Source: Trichodesmium erythraeum IMS101 (GTDB lineage Bacteria; Cyanobacteriota; Cyanobacteriia; Cyanobacteriales; Microcoleaceae). From it: 32,000 bases of DNA. The first letter of the stretch is position 1. Each line of letters opens with the position of its first letter. Made by a program: the position numbers and the translations under genes. The notes under the pieces were generated by a model. It was not told where the DNA came from. It saw only the letters and a program-made list of their open reading frames with translations, and did no database searches. Shown here piece after piece: positions 1 to 10,108 of the stretch. The stretch is from positions 6,960,001-6,992,000 of the forward strand of contig NC_008312.1 of NCBI RefSeq assembly GCF_000014265.1, read 5' to 3'.

Positions 1-592
1 ATCTTTAATCTCGTATTTGGTTGGGTCTCCAGAGTCATCCCAAACCCATGCCTTGCGGGTAAGTAGATCCACAACTCCCACAAAATCATTTTCAATACCA
101 ATGGGTAATACCATTACTAATGGCTCGGCCGCGAGTACATCTTTCACCTGCTTTACAACTTTGTAGAAATCAGCTCCTGTGCGGTCCAGCTTATTTACAT
201 AAATAATCCGAGCAACTTTAGAATCATTAGCATAACGCCAGTTAGTTTCAGATTGGGGTTCTACACCACCAGAGCCACAGAATACACCTACACCACCATC
301 GAGAACCTTGAGAGAACGATATACCTCGATAGTAAAGTCAACGTGGCCAGGGGTATCAATAATATTTAATTGATGGTCTTTCCAGAAACAGCTTGTAGCA
401 GCGGACTGAATTGTAATGCCCCGCTCTTGCTCCTGTTCCATAAAGTCTGTTGTTGCGGCACCTTCATGGACCTCACCGATTTTATGGATTTTTCCGGTTA
501 GTTTCAGAATTCTTTCTGTTGTAGTGGTTTTGCCCGCGTCAACGTGGGCAAAGATGCCAAAATTGCGATAATTAGTGAGGTCTTTTGCCATA
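1..592 (-). CDS. Elongation factor G-like translational GTPase, N-terminal ~197 codons (gene runs off the window start)
   Basis: Manual translation of the minus strand from the ATG at 590-592 gives [65 protein letters not shown]...[18 protein letters not shown]...[12 protein letters not shown]. The G1 (AHVDAGKT), G3 (DTPGH) and G4 (NKLD) motifs occur in EF-G order and spacing. It is absent from the ORF track because there is no stop codon inside the window. Confidence 0.85.
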
Positions 593-986
593 TTTAACTC
601 TCTTGTTGGATATTACAAACTGTACTCTCTTAGTATTATACATAGAGTATTTATTTGACCAAAAAATAAGGTCTTACCCCTTGGATAAGGGATCAAAAAA
701 TATTCGATTCAGTATTTCAAGCCTCTAGTTTCAGGGGGAGGTACTGATAACTAATAACTGAAATGGCCTTGGTAGCTAGGACAGAAATCACTAAATAGGT
801 TTCGGCTAGCAGGTTGGCCCCTAACTGAGGCTGAATTTCCAATATTTGGTTTCAAATCCTGCTTTTATTTCCTTAGCTATATTGCTGATTTTAAAGTATC
901 TTGACTAAAAATCAGCGTTGGGTGGGCAAAGATTTGTCTATTATAGCTAGAATTATTGGCCACTAAAACTTTTGTAGGTAGGTATT

Positions 987-1178
987 ATGGGAGAAGGTAG
1001 TAGTCGCCATGGTGTCCAGAAAGTTAAGGTAAAGTTATCCTCTGTTTTGCCCATTGAACAGCTTTTGAAAATCTATAAAAATAACTATCCGGAACGTTGG
1101 CCAAAATTTTGGGACAGCTTGAGTTATTCTATTAGTAAAGACTCGAATAAACCCCATTATGTTAAGCTTAAATATTAA
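987..1178 (+). CDS. Hypothetical 63-aa ORF, no recognisable motif
   Basis: Supported only by the ORF track. It sits in a 1.9-kb otherwise ORF-free spacer, and I found no recognisable domain or clear RBS. Confidence 0.15.
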   Translation: MGEGSSRHGVQKVKVKLSSVLPIEQLLKIYKNNYPERWPKFWDSLSYSISKDSNKPHYVKLKY

Positions 1179-1998
1179 CTTTAATTATATAAAGAAATCC
1201 ACAATAGAGAAAGCGTCCTAAGCTTTTGTTCGGTATATATTACCAACTTCTATAGCAAACCCTAAGGCAATTTTAATTTCTTATCTCTTTAGTCATGGGT
1301 TCCTAAACCAGCCATTGTTCTGGAGTGTCTCCTGCTCTGGTGACTTTTGAGGATCAATTACACGGTAGTGCGAATAATATGCGATCGCTAGTTTGCCCAT
1401 CATAACTATAGGGTATCAAACTAGAAACTGTTGATATTGATCCATTCTACCTTCTCTACAGAGCAAAAAGTTGAATTTAATTCTTGTAGCATCAGCGATC
1501 GCGGTCAGCCGTTTGCTAGAAAACAAGAACGAGCGCCCAAGCACATCATAAAAAAATGATTTTCATAAATCAAGCAATGAAGGCAAAAGGGAAGAAGTGG
1601 ACTTGATTTATTCTTGCTTCTATATTTTTTGGTGGCAATAGATCACTACCATTGCTTCACACTTCCAGTATTTCCTCAATAGAAATTACCCAAGCACTGT
1701 TATATAAATTAGTAATCAATAAACTCAACATAGTACCAAATAAAATTTATCTAGTGACTTCTAAATTATAACTTAGTCTTTTTGGAGATTCTCAAACCTT
1801 CAAATTTAGTCAAAGCAAAAATTTAAATTCCAAGTCTCAAGTGCCAAATTCTGAGTTCTAAATTCTAAATCCGTGCCTTCTTGCCTTCATACCTTCTGCT
1901 TAGAAATTATCGATCCTCAGAATTATTAATAGGTTTGATAAGCTACCAAAAGTAACAGATGATGGCTGAATGCTTACGTTCAAACCATTATTATATTT

Positions 1999-2435
1999 AT
2001 GAAAACTGCAAATTTTCTGACTTGGTTAATCTGTATTAGATCAATAACTAGCATTAATATTGGTGCAATGATATATGCTTATCGTGGACAAGAAAGTATT
2101 TCTGTCCTATTTACAAAATCAAGATCATCACAAGCAGAAGCAAAAGTAAAATTTTAAATTTTAAACAAGATGTGAAGCTTTTTGCCAAGGAAATTATCCA
2201 CAAGCTATAAATAAGTTTACTGAAGTCATAAAAAATAATTATAATATTGCTGAAGCTTATCATAACCCAGATTTGGCTTTTGCTAATCTACGTCAAGATC
2301 ATGAAAGTGTAGCAAATTTATTACAAGCAGGAGAATTATATCTCCAAGAGGGAAATCAAAAAGCGATCGCTATTGTCAAAAAAAATCTAGAGTTACTAAA
2401 AGCCAGAAAAGACTCTAGGAAAATTGTAATTTAAT
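1999..2435 (+). pseudogene. TPR-repeat protein relic (frame broken)
   Basis: Manual translation gives MKTANFLTWLICIRS...AEAKVKF* and then, in another frame, ...GNYPQAINKFTEVIKNNYNIAEAYHNPDLAFANLRQDHESVANLLQAGELYLQEGNQKAIAIVKKNLELLK. The A-x-x-x-F/Y...AEAY-N-x-x-LAF pattern is typical of TPR units. No continuous ORF of 60 aa or more exists. Confidence 0.3.
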
Positions 2436-2458
2436 TGCTATGATCTGAATCAGATTTT

Positions 2459-2464
2459 AGGAGG
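2459..2464 (+). promoter_or_regulatory. Shine-Dalgarno sequence AGGAGG, 5 nt upstream of the GST start codon
   Basis: The sequence reads ttttAGGAGGcaactATG, with the ATG at 2470. Confidence 0.6.
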
Positions 2465-2469
2465 CAACT

Positions 2470-3432
2470 ATGGGTTTAGGTATTTTAATTGATGGTAAGT
2501 GGATTTCTGAAAGGGAACAAGAAGATGCTCAAGGTAGATTTATTCGTCCTCAGACCACTTTTCGTCATCAAATTACAGCAGATGGGTCTAGTGGCTTTAA
2601 GGCAGAAGCAGGACGTTATCATCTATATATTTCTTGGGCTTGCCCTTGGGCACATCGAACTGCTATTATGCGAAAACTTAAGGGATTAGAAGATGCTATT
2701 GGTTTGTCAGTTGTAGGTGCTGTTATTGATCAAAATAGTTGGGAATTTACAGATGAACCAGGCTCTATTGGAGATACTCTTAACCATCATAGCTATCTTT
2801 GGCAGCTTTATCTTCAGGCAGATTCTACTTATAGTGGTAGGGTTACTGTACCAGTACTTTGGGATAAAACTGAAGGTAAAATTGTTAATAATGAATCCCG
2901 TGAAATTATTCGGATGTTTGATACTCAATTTAGTGGTATCGCTAAAAATGATGTAAATTTATGTCCTGACGATTTATATAATCAGATAGAAGAAACTATT
3001 GATAAGATTTACCAACCTATTAATAATGGTGTTTATCGAGCTGGTTTTGCTGGTTCTCAGTTAGCTTATGATGAGGGAGTCAAAGACTTATTTGCAGCTT
3101 TAGATCATTGGGAAAATGTCTTGTCAAAACAACGTTATTTATGTGGTGATCGCCTAACTGAAGCTGATATTTGTATGTTTACTACTTTGGTTCGTTTCGA
3201 CCCAGTTTATTATGTTCATTTCAAATGTAATTTACGCCATATTTGGGAATATCCCAATTTGGGGAATTATCTGAAAGATATTTATCAATATCCAGGGGTA
3301 AAAGAAACTTGTAATTTTGACCATATTAAACGGCATTATTACATGAGTCATCCTAAAGTTAATCCTACTAAAATTGTACCAACTGGTCCAGAGATTGATT
3401 TAGATTCTCCTCATAACCGCGCATCAATTTAA
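2470..3432 (+). CDS. Xi-class glutathione S-transferase / glutathionyl-hydroquinone reductase (YqjG/ECM4 family)
   Basis: 320-aa ORF with a strong RBS. It carries the CPWAHR active-site motif (YISWACPWAHRTAIMRKLKGL) diagnostic of Xi-class GSTs, plus TVPVLWD and NNESREIIRMF (glutathione-binding Ser region) and a C-terminal helical domain (FTTLVRFDPVYYVHFKCN). Confidence 0.9.
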   Translation: MGLGILIDGKWISEREQEDAQGRFIRPQTTFRHQITADGSSGFKAEAGRYHLYISWACPWAHRTAIMRKLKGLEDAIGLSVVGAVIDQNSWEFTDEPGSIGDTLNHHSYLWQLYLQADSTYSGRVTVPVLWDKTEGKIVNNESREIIRMFDTQFSGIAKNDVNLCPDDLYNQIEETIDKIYQPINNGVYRAGFAGSQLAYDEGVKDLFAALDHWENVLSKQRYLCGDRLTEADICMFTTLVRFDPVYYVHFKCNLRHIWEYPNLGNYLKDIYQYPGVKETCNFDHIKRHYYMSHPKVNPTKIVPTGPEIDLDSPHNRASI

Positions 3433-4048
3433 GGTATAGCAATAAACCTAAGACAAAAGTAAAAAATAATCTCTGGCTCGTTTTGAGAAGTTAGAAATTT
3501 TCTCACCTTTTATTCTCTTATTATTAGACGGAAGAAGGAAAAAGACAAACTTTAAGCTCTTTTCCTTTTCCCTATTTCCTTCACTATTTATCTTCATTTT
3601 TTCCAAATATTTTCAATCTAATCACTGAATATACTCCCTAAATATATTTTTCATAATGCTGTCCAACTAAAATAAAAAAAAGAATAACTCATAATAATTA
3701 TAAAATAAGTTGCCCAAAGATACTATATATAGTACATAATAAATAAGAGGAATCTTTACGCTCTTTTTTTGTGTTATCAAACTCTATTTTGCCTTACAAA
3801 TGCTTGACTCTTTATTAAAAAGGCTTTGATTATTAGAATTAAATAAGTTCGATTTTAACTCAAGGTTTTTTCAATTAGAATGTCAGATAATCAGATAATA
3901 ATTAATACTTAAAAATATTTTAGCCTTTTTTTTGCTTAATTCTCAACAACCCTAGTGGTTAGAGGATGAAAATAGGAACCAAAATCAAAGTTACCCAACA
4001 CCCCAATATACCAGCCTTTAGTAGTTTACCTGGGTAAGTCCTGATGAT

Positions 4049-4688
4049 TTATTTGGCTTTCCTCAAACGATAAGCAACAGCACCAAATATCAATAAACCT
4101 ATTGCAGAAGTTGCTTCGGGAACTGAGGTATTAGGCTCAGAAACAAGTCTGTAAGCATGATTCTCTGTTTCCAAAGCAGGATTAGAAGAAGATAGAATTA
4201 TTCGGTCAAAAGACTCATTTTCCTCAGCAAAGAAATTAACGTATCGACTTTCACCATAACCAGCAAAATCTGTAGCTTTCCAATATGCAAGTAGCTGATT
4301 TCCTTTGTAGAAAGCCATCCTATTATCATAGTCTGCTAGACCCCCAGTACATACCAAAATAATCTAGTTGTTCCTGAGAGCTAATTGTAACTGGATTATT
4401 TCCTAAAGCATTACCAAAGGGGGCAACTGTTAGATACTTTGTCAAATCATCATCAGGTTGAGCATAATGACCAGGTACACTAACTAAAACAACTGTTGGG
4501 CCAACACCAGAAGCAGAATAAATAACAGGACCATCTGTCGATGCACCTGATTCAAAATCTATAGTTGTTACTCCTGGCAAACTGGAGAATTGACCTTACC
4601 CTACAATAGTTGTACCCCCAATAGTAAAGGTAACTGCATTTAACTGTTGGACAATAGTAGTTAAAGCTACTGCCCCCGCAAAACCCAT
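4049..4688 (-). pseudogene. PEP-CTERM (exosortase-sorted) surface protein, inactivated
   Basis: The C-terminus VPEATSAIGLLIFGAVAYRLRKAK has the PEP-like motif, a TM helix and a basic tail. The N-terminal signal-like peptide MGFAGAVALTTIVQQLNAVTFTIGGTTIVG is followed by an in-frame TAA (about 4597-4599). A frameshift near 4326-4357 splits ...DYFGMYWG / GLADYDNRMAFYKG into two overlapping ORFs. Confidence 0.7.
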
Positions 4689-5008
4689 CACTATTTGTTT
4701 GATTTAATTCATAATTATTCTGTCAAAATACAAAGTTTACATTAGCAATTCTCATTTTGAAGAAAAAAGGTCTAAAGTTCTCTAATTTAACAACATAACT
4801 AAAAGGAAATTTTACTTTTCCCTGTCATTTTTTTGAGTAGAGAACTTACATTGCATTAGTTTTTTTTAACAATAGATTTTCTTGAGTTGACAAATTTTAT
4901 TACTTAATGACTTGAACTAGCCCATTGATAACTCTTAGACTTCTAAATTTTGAGCTAGCTCAAGCCTCCCCCACTAGCTTAGGGACTTTCATACAAGGTA
5001 TCTACTCC

Positions 5009-5869
5009 CTATTTCTGAGTACAAGCATCATAAATTCTTTGACTATTCTCGCTTAAATTACCCAACCATTTTTTTCTAATTCTTTGGGCTTTTTTATTAT
5101 GAGCAAGAAAGTCATTAATATACCTTTGCCAACTAGAATTATCTTCCCCTCCTGGAAGTATGAAGCCATAACCAGCACAAAAAGGACGGCCATTTTCTTG
5201 ATTAATAGTAATAAAAGTATAATCATTTTCTATATCCAAGTTCATCATCTCCGCTGAACCTAACAAAAGAGTTCCATCACTAGCAAAACCACTAACTTCA
5301 CCATCCATCACAGCTTGAACACCTTCTTCTCTACTTAAATATTTATTATCAATTTTTTCTAATGGATAAGCACTCTTTAGATCGCTTTCATTAGTAGTAT
5401 TCCTAACTACACCAACTGTGGCATTACCCACTTTCACATCTTCTTCTTGTCTACCTTTTTTAGCTAAAATTTGTGTTGCTGTGATAAAAAAAGGTGAAGA
5501 AAAATTAATACCATGCTTGGCTTCACGCTCAGCACTAATAGAATTAGGACCGCATTCTAAATCTACCCTACCACTTGTTACCAAATCCCAACGACTTTGG
5601 GTCGTTGATGTAACTAATCTTACCCTGATAGGATCGAGCTGGTTGGCACTAAGGCGGTCCGCTAAAGCATAGGCAATATCTATACAATATCCCGTCCATT
5701 TTCCATCATTTCTGAAGCCAAACCAAGGGGAATCTCCCCTAACTCCTACTACTATTAACTCTCTTCTAATGATTGTTTCTTGTGTTTGTGCATGACTAAT
5801 TTTTTGAGGAAAAATAGCCGCCAAGAATGCTAGGGATGAAGCAATAATAATTTTTAGTTTCTTGTTCAT
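5009..5869 (-). CDS. Periplasmic substrate-binding protein, family 3 (polar amino-acid ABC-transporter type)
   Basis: Signal peptide MNKKLKIIIASSLAFLAAIFPQKISHA, followed by GVRGDSPWFGFRNDGKWTGYCIDIAYALADRL...DLECGPNS...SSPFFITATQILAKK, typical of SBP_bac_3. I place the start at the internal Met (5869) because the longer ORF (to 5923) would overlap the porin gene. Confidence 0.8.
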   Translation of the reverse strand: MNKKLKIIIASSLAFLAAIFPQKISHAQTQETIIRRELIVVGVRGDSPWFGFRNDGKWTGYCIDIAYALADRLSANQLDPIRVRLVTSTTQSRWDLVTSGRVDLECGPNSISAEREAKHGINFSSPFFITATQILAKKGRQEEDVKVGNATVGVVRNTTNESDLKSAYPLEKIDNKYLSREEGVQAVMDGEVSGFASDGTLLLGSAEMMNLDIENDYTFITINQENGRPFCAGYGFILPGGEDNSSWQRYINDFLAHNKKAQRIRKKWLGNLSENSQRIYDACTQK

Positions 5870-5886
5870 AATTGTTAGTTTGAAGA

Positions 5887-7656
5887 TTAAAATCTCAAAG
5901 TGCTTCGAGTCACAAATACCCAAATAGGGTCATTTCGATCATCATGTTCCGGCTGGGTCTCAACAAAAAAACCAGACGTTATATCTATATTATTTGAAAT
6001 GCGATAATTGTAGAAAAGTTGAAATTGTATAGAAGTATCTGGGTCATCCTCACCATTGTCAATATCAGTCAATTTTGGCTGTTGACCAACTGAAAGACCT
6101 AAACTTCCATTTTCAAACACTAAGTCATTTATCGCTACCGTCACTGCCCAATGCCAAATATCTGCTTCATCTCCTTCGCGATCGCCTGCTTCAGCTTCAG
6201 CATTGCTATAGCCAACCCAACCAGAAATCGTAAATGGTGCCCAGCGATAGCTACTTTGAAACCCAAAATGGTCGGCTGAAGTTGGCACTTTGCCAAAAGG
6301 TTTTTGAGCATTTCTACTACCTGTAAAACCTGCTACATTAACTAAATCTGCCGTATAATATGCTCTTACATAAGCAAAAGAAAAATCCAAATCTAAATTT
6401 GGTGAAACTGTTAACTGAGCATAAGCACTATTTGTACCGTTAAAAATTCCACCTCCTTCTCTTGGATCGTTAACTTTTCCCGTACCACCCCCAGGAGCAC
6501 CCCCCAGATAAGCAACATCTAACCTCAAATTATCGTTAATTTGATAACTATAACCCAAACCAGCACCCCCTACTTGAATATAGATAGTGGGACTATAAGC
6601 AGGGAACAAGGCCAGACTTCCTGTATTACCACTAATTAGTTTAGGATTAAGTGCAGGAGCAATCAAATCGAAGTCAAGTCCAGCAGCTCCTATATAAATA
6701 CTCATTTCCTTGTTGAGGGGAAAAATATAGTATATTTCTGTTAATCGCGTTATATCATTAGGTGGAGAGCCATTGTTTAAATTGGTCATGGCAGTATCTG
6801 TATTTACTCCAGGTAGGTCTCCTGCTCTTAACCTAGTTCTGAGGAAGTCTCTACCTGTAAAACTAGTATCAAAGTTCAACGTTAAGTTATGACCAAAGCC
6901 TATTTGGCTATCATCGGCGCTTGCTGTAGCATCCTCTTCACCATCATTACCAAAAGCATCATATAGAGCCAGCACTACTTCCCCTTTTAGCAAAGTTGTG
7001 GTAGAAAACTGATTAGCTTCCAGAATGTCTGTTCGAGTTTCCAAGCCATTGAGGCGAGATTTAATATCGGCGATTTCAATAGCAAAATCTTCCTGTAATC
7101 TTTGGCTTTTGGCTAAGTCTTCTTGAGTAATATAAGTTTCATCGAATTCTTCAATCAGATTTTGAATAACTTGTAAACATTCGTTAAGATTTACTGCAAA
7201 TTCGTAACGACTGATAGCTCTATTACCACTAAATGTAGCATTTGGAGAGGTTAATAAACAATCATAACGTTCTGCTAATCCTTGGAGAGCACTATAAGCC
7301 CAATCTACAGGTAAAATATCACTAAGTTGATTGACAGAGTTAACTTTTTCTAAAGGGGCAGATATTTCTGTATGTTGGTCGAGTTGATTATATTGTTCTA
7401 TTTGTCCTAAAATACCCTCATTTGTCTCTTTAACTATGGTTGTGCTTTCTTCCTTCCAGTTGGCAAGCGGTTGAGATTTTGGCGGAGGTTGGTTGAGAGG
7501 GTTGTACTCCTGCATTTTTTCTAAAATATGGGCAGCTTGCTCAATGTCCTGACTTGATACTTGTTTTTCGGCTTTACTGCTGTGGGCAATAGATAAAACC
7601 CATCCCATTCCTAGAACTAGGGGAAAAATTACAATGTTGCAAAACTTCAGTCTCAT
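5887..7656 (-). CDS. Outer-membrane porin with an N-terminal SLH domain, a coiled-coil linker and an OprB-type beta-barrel
   Basis: Signal peptide; SLH motif (LSDILPVDWAYSALQGLAERYDCL...GNRAISRYEFAVNLNECL); a heptad-like linker; then alternating-hydrophobic beta-strand sequence ending in a terminal aromatic (...TRSTLRF). This is the standard cyanobacterial major-porin architecture. Confidence 0.9.
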   Translation of the reverse strand: MRLKFCNIVIFPLVLGMGWVLSIAHSSKAEKQVSSQDIEQAAHILEKMQEYNPLNQPPPKSQPLANWKEESTTIVKETNEGILGQIEQYNQLDQHTEISAPLEKVNSVNQLSDILPVDWAYSALQGLAERYDCLLTSPNATFSGNRAISRYEFAVNLNECLQVIQNLIEEFDETYITQEDLAKSQRLQEDFAIEIADIKSRLNGLETRTDILEANQFSTTTLLKGEVVLALYDAFGNDGEEDATASADDSQIGFGHNLTLNFDTSFTGRDFLRTRLRAGDLPGVNTDTAMTNLNNGSPPNDITRLTEIYYIFPLNKEMSIYIGAAGLDFDLIAPALNPKLISGNTGSLALFPAYSPTIYIQVGGAGLGYSYQINDNLRLDVAYLGGAPGGGTGKVNDPREGGGIFNGTNSAYAQLTVSPNLDLDFSFAYVRAYYTADLVNVAGFTGSRNAQKPFGKVPTSADHFGFQSSYRWAPFTISGWVGYSNAEAEAGDREGDEADIWHWAVTVAINDLVFENGSLGLSVGQQPKLTDIDNGEDDPDTSIQFQLFYNYRISNNIDITSGFFVETQPEHDDRNDPIWVFVTRSTLRF

Positions 7657-7860
7657 ATTTTAAGTTTGATAATTTTATTGGCACTACAATTAAGTATTAT
7701 GATTTTAAAACACAAATGACACTACTAAATACTTTTCTTCTCATGTTTACATCTCATATTTGAAATTTGACTATATAAAAAGCGACTTCCTTTGACAAAT
7801 AGGAAGTATTGTATTAATTTTTTGAGGAAAACAATAGTAGGAAACTACCTATTTTAAAAC

Positions 7861-8402
7861 TCTAGTGAGTTTTTCTCTGACTTTATGGAGTTTCCCTTAT
7901 TTGATTACGGCAAGGTCGGGACTATTTCAAAGAGCTAGTATATATTTTTCTTTCGGTTCTCTTTTTTACCTCAATTTATCTTTGAACTTGATGATTATCA
8001 CCCTATTGCTTCTCCATTTAAATATGAAGCTGTTGATAAATCTATCTTGACTGAAGCTGCTACACAAGTAGATAAAAATACTACAGTTAAGTTAAGAGCT
8101 TTAAAAGTAATGATTAACTATTATCGTACATTATATTTTTCCTAGCTTTTTAAATCATTAAAAGTGGAGAGATATACAAATTTCAAATTATCTTTGAACT
8201 TGATGATTATCACCCTATTGCTTCTCCATTTAAATATGAAGCTGTTGATAAATCTATCTTGACTGAAGCTGCTACACAAGTAGATAAAAATACTACAGTT
8301 AAGTTAAGAGCTTTAAAAGTAATGATTAACTATTATCGTACATTATATTTTTCCTAGCTTTTTAAATTATTAAAAGTGGAGAGATATACAAATTTCAAAT
8401 TT
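7861..8402 (+). pseudogene. 5'-truncated relic of an alpha/beta-hydrolase (epoxide-hydrolase-like) paralog; its last ~212 bp is tandemly duplicated
   Basis: Manual translation gives ...DFMEF..SKS*YIFFFRFSFLPQFIFELDDYHPIASPFKYEAVDKSILTEAATQVDKNTTVKLRALKVMINYYRTLYFS*. This aligns with the hydrolase pseudogene at 19710-20601 (KFMEG..RSWYIFFFQLPFLPEFIWRFNDYHAIAFTFKKMAASKSAFTEADLEADKGAAAKRGALTSMINYYRNIFF) at roughly 45% identity over the ~54 residues I aligned by eye. TAG replaces the Trp codon. Confidence 0.6.
7979..8402. repeat. Tandem duplication, 2 x 212 bp, near-identical
   Basis: tttgaacttgatgattatcaccc starts at 7981 and again at 8193. I saw a single difference between copies (aaatCattaaaag versus aaatTattaaaag). 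Confidence 0.95.
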
Positions 8403-8567
8403 AATTATTTTGGGAAAAAATAATACGCTTTAAAAACAGTTATTACTTATGAGACTCAAGAATATCTAGAAATTTTTCAAATTTGTTATATTCCTGACTG
8501 TAGCCATTGAGTGCAATAAAACCTGAATTAGTCAATCAATATAATGTGAGACAATTTTGAAGTAATA

Positions 8568-10028
8568 ATGATGAATCAGTTGCATAAAATTTCCCGAAGT
8601 AAGTTTATAGTAATAATTTTAGTTCTGATTATAAACTGTTTTTTACTATCTAATAATACTTTAGCTCAACCTATTAACAATAGTCAGCGAATTCAAAAAG
8701 TTTGGGAGTCTATAGAATTAGATACAAACTTAATTTTATCAGGTGCTGAACCCCAGAAACGACAAGAGTTAAAAACTGAAAAATATGCCCGAATGTCTGA
8801 ATCAGTATTTGATTTTTTTAGAGCAACAAACTCTTTATTTTGGCAAGACTTTATCAATGATAGTAGACTTGGTAAATTTGGTAATACTAAAACAAAAACT
8901 TGGATTTTAGGTGATTGTCACATTGGTAATTTTGGCGCTTATAATAACGACAAAGAAGAAATTATTTTTGACCTGAATGACTTTGATGAATCAATAGTTG
9001 CTGATTATCAATATGATTTGTGGCGTTTAGCAACCAGTATTATTTTAGTCGCTGAGGATAATTCTCTTAAGAATAAATCTGACCAGAAAGAAATAATTGA
9101 TAATTTTAGTGACAGCTATCTACATAGTCTAAAAGATTATGTAGGCAATGATCATGAAACTGAGATATATTTTACTCAAAAAAATACTTATGGAGAGGTG
9201 GAAAATACCATAAAAAAAGCAGCCAAAGACACAAGAGAAAAAATGCTAAATAAATGGAGTAAAGTTGTAGAAAATAAAAGATTATTTGATATTGATAATA
9301 ATGAAGATTTAGGAATAGCTAATGATGCCGAAAAAGCTATAAAATCACAAATAATATCTTATAGTGATACCCTTTCTAGCAATGTAAGATATAGCCAAAA
9401 ATATTTTACAGTTAAAGATGTTGCTCAAAGATTAAATGCTGGATTAGGGTCATTAGGAACACCACGTTATTATCTGTTAATAGAAGGAAAAACTGATGAT
9501 TTAGATGATGACCATATTCTTGATATTAAACGTCAGTATAAACCTACTGCTTATGGATTATTTAGCTTATATGACCGCTTAAATTATGACAGTATTTTTG
9601 TCAATACTGCCCAACGTCATGCTATAGCTTATAAAGCTTTAATTAAACATACTGATGACTTTTTAGGATGGATGAAACTTGTGGATAAGAATCTAACTGA
9701 CGGAGATTTTTCTGGTTATTATTCTGTCCGAGAAATATCTCCCAATAAAGAGTCTCTTAAAACTTACAAATTAGAAGATAAAAATAGCTTCATAGAAGTT
9801 GCCAAACAATTGGGAGAAATTTTGGCTACTGATCATGCTAGAGCAGATCAAGATTTTGATGAAAAATTAATTCCTAATTCTTTAGAAAAACAGGTGAAAA
9901 AAATTACCGATGGTAGGGGTAAAGAATTTAGAGAATTAGTCAGTGACGTAGCCCTTCACTATGCAGAGCAAGTAAATATTGATTATTCTAGTTTTGTAAA
10001 TAGGTATAATAGGTATAAGGAAAACTGA
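8568..10028 (+). CDS. DUF2252-family protein with an N-terminal signal/anchor sequence
   Basis: The 486-aa ORF contains MSESVFDFFRATNSLFWQDF...ILGDCHIGNFGAY...IIFDLNDFDESIVADYQYDLWRLATSI, which matches the conserved DUF2252 core (GDxHxxNFG...FDxNDFDE). The N-terminus has a hydrophobic stretch, KFIVIILVLIINCFLLSNNTLAQP. Confidence 0.75.
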   Translation: MMNQLHKISRSKFIVIILVLIINCFLLSNNTLAQPINNSQRIQKVWESIELDTNLILSGAEPQKRQELKTEKYARMSESVFDFFRATNSLFWQDFINDSRLGKFGNTKTKTWILGDCHIGNFGAYNNDKEEIIFDLNDFDESIVADYQYDLWRLATSIILVAEDNSLKNKSDQKEIIDNFSDSYLHSLKDYVGNDHETEIYFTQKNTYGEVENTIKKAAKDTREKMLNKWSKVVENKRLFDIDNNEDLGIANDAEKAIKSQIISYSDTLSSNVRYSQKYFTVKDVAQRLNAGLGSLGTPRYYLLIEGKTDDLDDDHILDIKRQYKPTAYGLFSLYDRLNYDSIFVNTAQRHAIAYKALIKHTDDFLGWMKLVDKNLTDGDFSGYYSVREISPNKESLKTYKLEDKNSFIEVAKQLGEILATDHARADQDFDEKLIPNSLEKQVKKITDGRGKEFRELVSDVALHYAEQVNIDYSSFVNRYNRYKEN

Positions 10029-10069
10029 AGTTTAAATAAACTTTGAAAAAAAAGGAAAAATACTCAAGG

Positions 10070-10108
10070 TAGCTGTTTTAAGTAAACTGAAGCAGCTATT
10101 TTTTTTTA
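10070..10108 (+). terminator. Intrinsic terminator downstream of the DUF2252 gene
   Basis: An 11-bp stem (tagctgtttta / tgaagcagcta, two G-U pairs) with a 7-nt loop is followed by nine T residues. It lies 42 nt after the stop codon. Confidence 0.65.

Noticed and set aside
2489-2956. ORFs 2489-2689 (+), 2707-2928 (-) and 2717-2956 (+)
   Set aside because: They overlap the well-supported GST gene in other frames or on the other strand, and their composition is low-complexity and hydrophobic, as is typical of AT-rich off-frame ORFs.
5418-5672. Plus-strand 84-aa ORF
   Set aside because: It is antisense to the substrate-binding protein gene and has no motif.
7865-8050. 61-aa plus-strand ORF
   Set aside because: It is in the wrong frame across the hydrolase relic. 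The homology-bearing frame is a different one and contains stops.
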